IMG/VR virus record: IMGVR_UViG_3300003873_000002
Location: 90,124 to 154,123 of that record
Origin: a virus
DNA length: 64,000 bases
Reading direction: 5' to 3' (one strand)
Below the pieces are notes generated by a model. That model was not told the origin of the DNA. It ran no database searches and saw only the letters and a program-made list of their open reading frames with translations. This document shows positions 62,995-64,000 of the stretch, one piece after another. How positions within the stretch are numbered: position 1 is the first letter of the stretch; the number at the start of each line of letters is the position of its first letter. The translations under genes were made by a program, and so were the position numbers.

Positions 62995-63632
62995 ATCAGC
63001 TGTAACTTGTTGATTCTTTATTTTAAAACCAGCTGTAACTTGTTGATTTTACGCATATACCGTCCCATTTAGAATGTATTTGTTTTTCCTTTAAAATCAA
63101 TAAGTTACTGCGTTTTTTATGTGATTTTTTTAAAAATCTGAAAAACAAATTTCGTTTAAAATCAACAAGTTAACATGAAAATTTTCAAGTGTGCAAAAAC
63201 TGCTCACTTTTCGCGCTGTTTTGAGACAGGGATGAAAAAAGCGCATTTTTTAACTTGTTGATTTTAAACGAAAAACATCAAATTTGTACACGGTGTAAAA
63301 TTAGAAACACTTTTCTATATAAAATATATATTACTAAGTAACATATATGTTTCAGATGTAATGGCAAGGCGTGTTCTGGATGTGTTGTGGGGTTTTTTCT
63401 GTTTATGGATTTCCAAAAACTTTTTTTTACGTGTACAGATTTGACCTTTTCTGTTTAAATTCAACGAGTTATTGAATTCCATGGATGTCACAATTTTTGA
63501 CCGTTTGTTGTACAGATTTAGTGTTTTCTGTTTAAAATCAACGAGTTAATGATTTCATGGTTCCAAAAACTTTTTTTACGTGTACAGATTTGACCTTTTT
63601 TGTTTAAATTCAACGAGTTATTGCATCTTTTG
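62995..63632. repeat. Long non-coding direct repeat, copy 2, with IHF-consensus sites
   Basis: Aligns with 6838-7517; identical 74-bp core at 63294-63367; further homology 63955-64000 versus 7722-7767. Confidence 0.9.
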
Positions 63633-64000
63633 ATTAAAATGTGTATTTTATAAAAATTGCTTTATAATTTTCTGTTTAAAATCAACAATTTAAGAAATCT
63701 TAAAAATATCAATTATAATTTTATTTTATATTTTTTATTTAAAATCAATCGGTTCGCTTAATGTGTTAACAATTATTGTATCACTAAAAACAAAGAGTTG
63801 TGTTATTTGTGTTCATTTTTGATCCAGTCACTGTTTGGTAAATTATCTCTTATTTTATAATCGATGCGAGCCGCTTGAACTCATTAAACACATTATAAAG
63901 CTTGGTTATTAATATCAGTATAAAAATAGTATAAGACTTAGTATAAAGCTCATCATAAGACAATCTCTTTAAAAATGACTTATGGTATACCAATAAAAAA

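Noticed and set aside
1-64000. tRNA/rRNA genes, integrase, transposases
   Set aside because: None recognised by eye; tRNAscan-SE/ARAGORN would be needed to fully exclude tRNAs

Overview
AT-rich 64 kb segment of a large T4-like myovirus genome. Its gene content (gp43/41/61/44/62/45/32/33/55/49/30, UvsW, Dda, RNase H, NrdAB, ParM, Cas4-like nuclease, que genes, PAAR) resembles that of the Campylobacter T4-like phages, but its promoters look gammaproteobacterial. Layout: a minus-strand tail-fibre block (1-6477), a ~680 bp IHF-site-rich non-coding repeat (6838-7517), a ~55 kb plus-strand module, then a second direct copy of that repeat (62995-63632). The most unusual element is an intact flagellin + FlaG cassette (9346-10634) with its own near-consensus sigma-28 promoter and two IHF sites. 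Other highlights: a 7-deazaguanine pathway (folE/queD/queE/queC/amidotransferase) with a purine phosphoribosyltransferase and no dpdA in the window; a ParM/ParR-like pair; three uncharacterised NTase/nuclease/ligase-HIGH proteins; tail-fibre paralogues sharing an N-terminal module; a UL9-like helicase beside the repeat; and ~10-bp tandem repeats at many gene junctions. All calls come from motif recognition by eye; no database searches were run.
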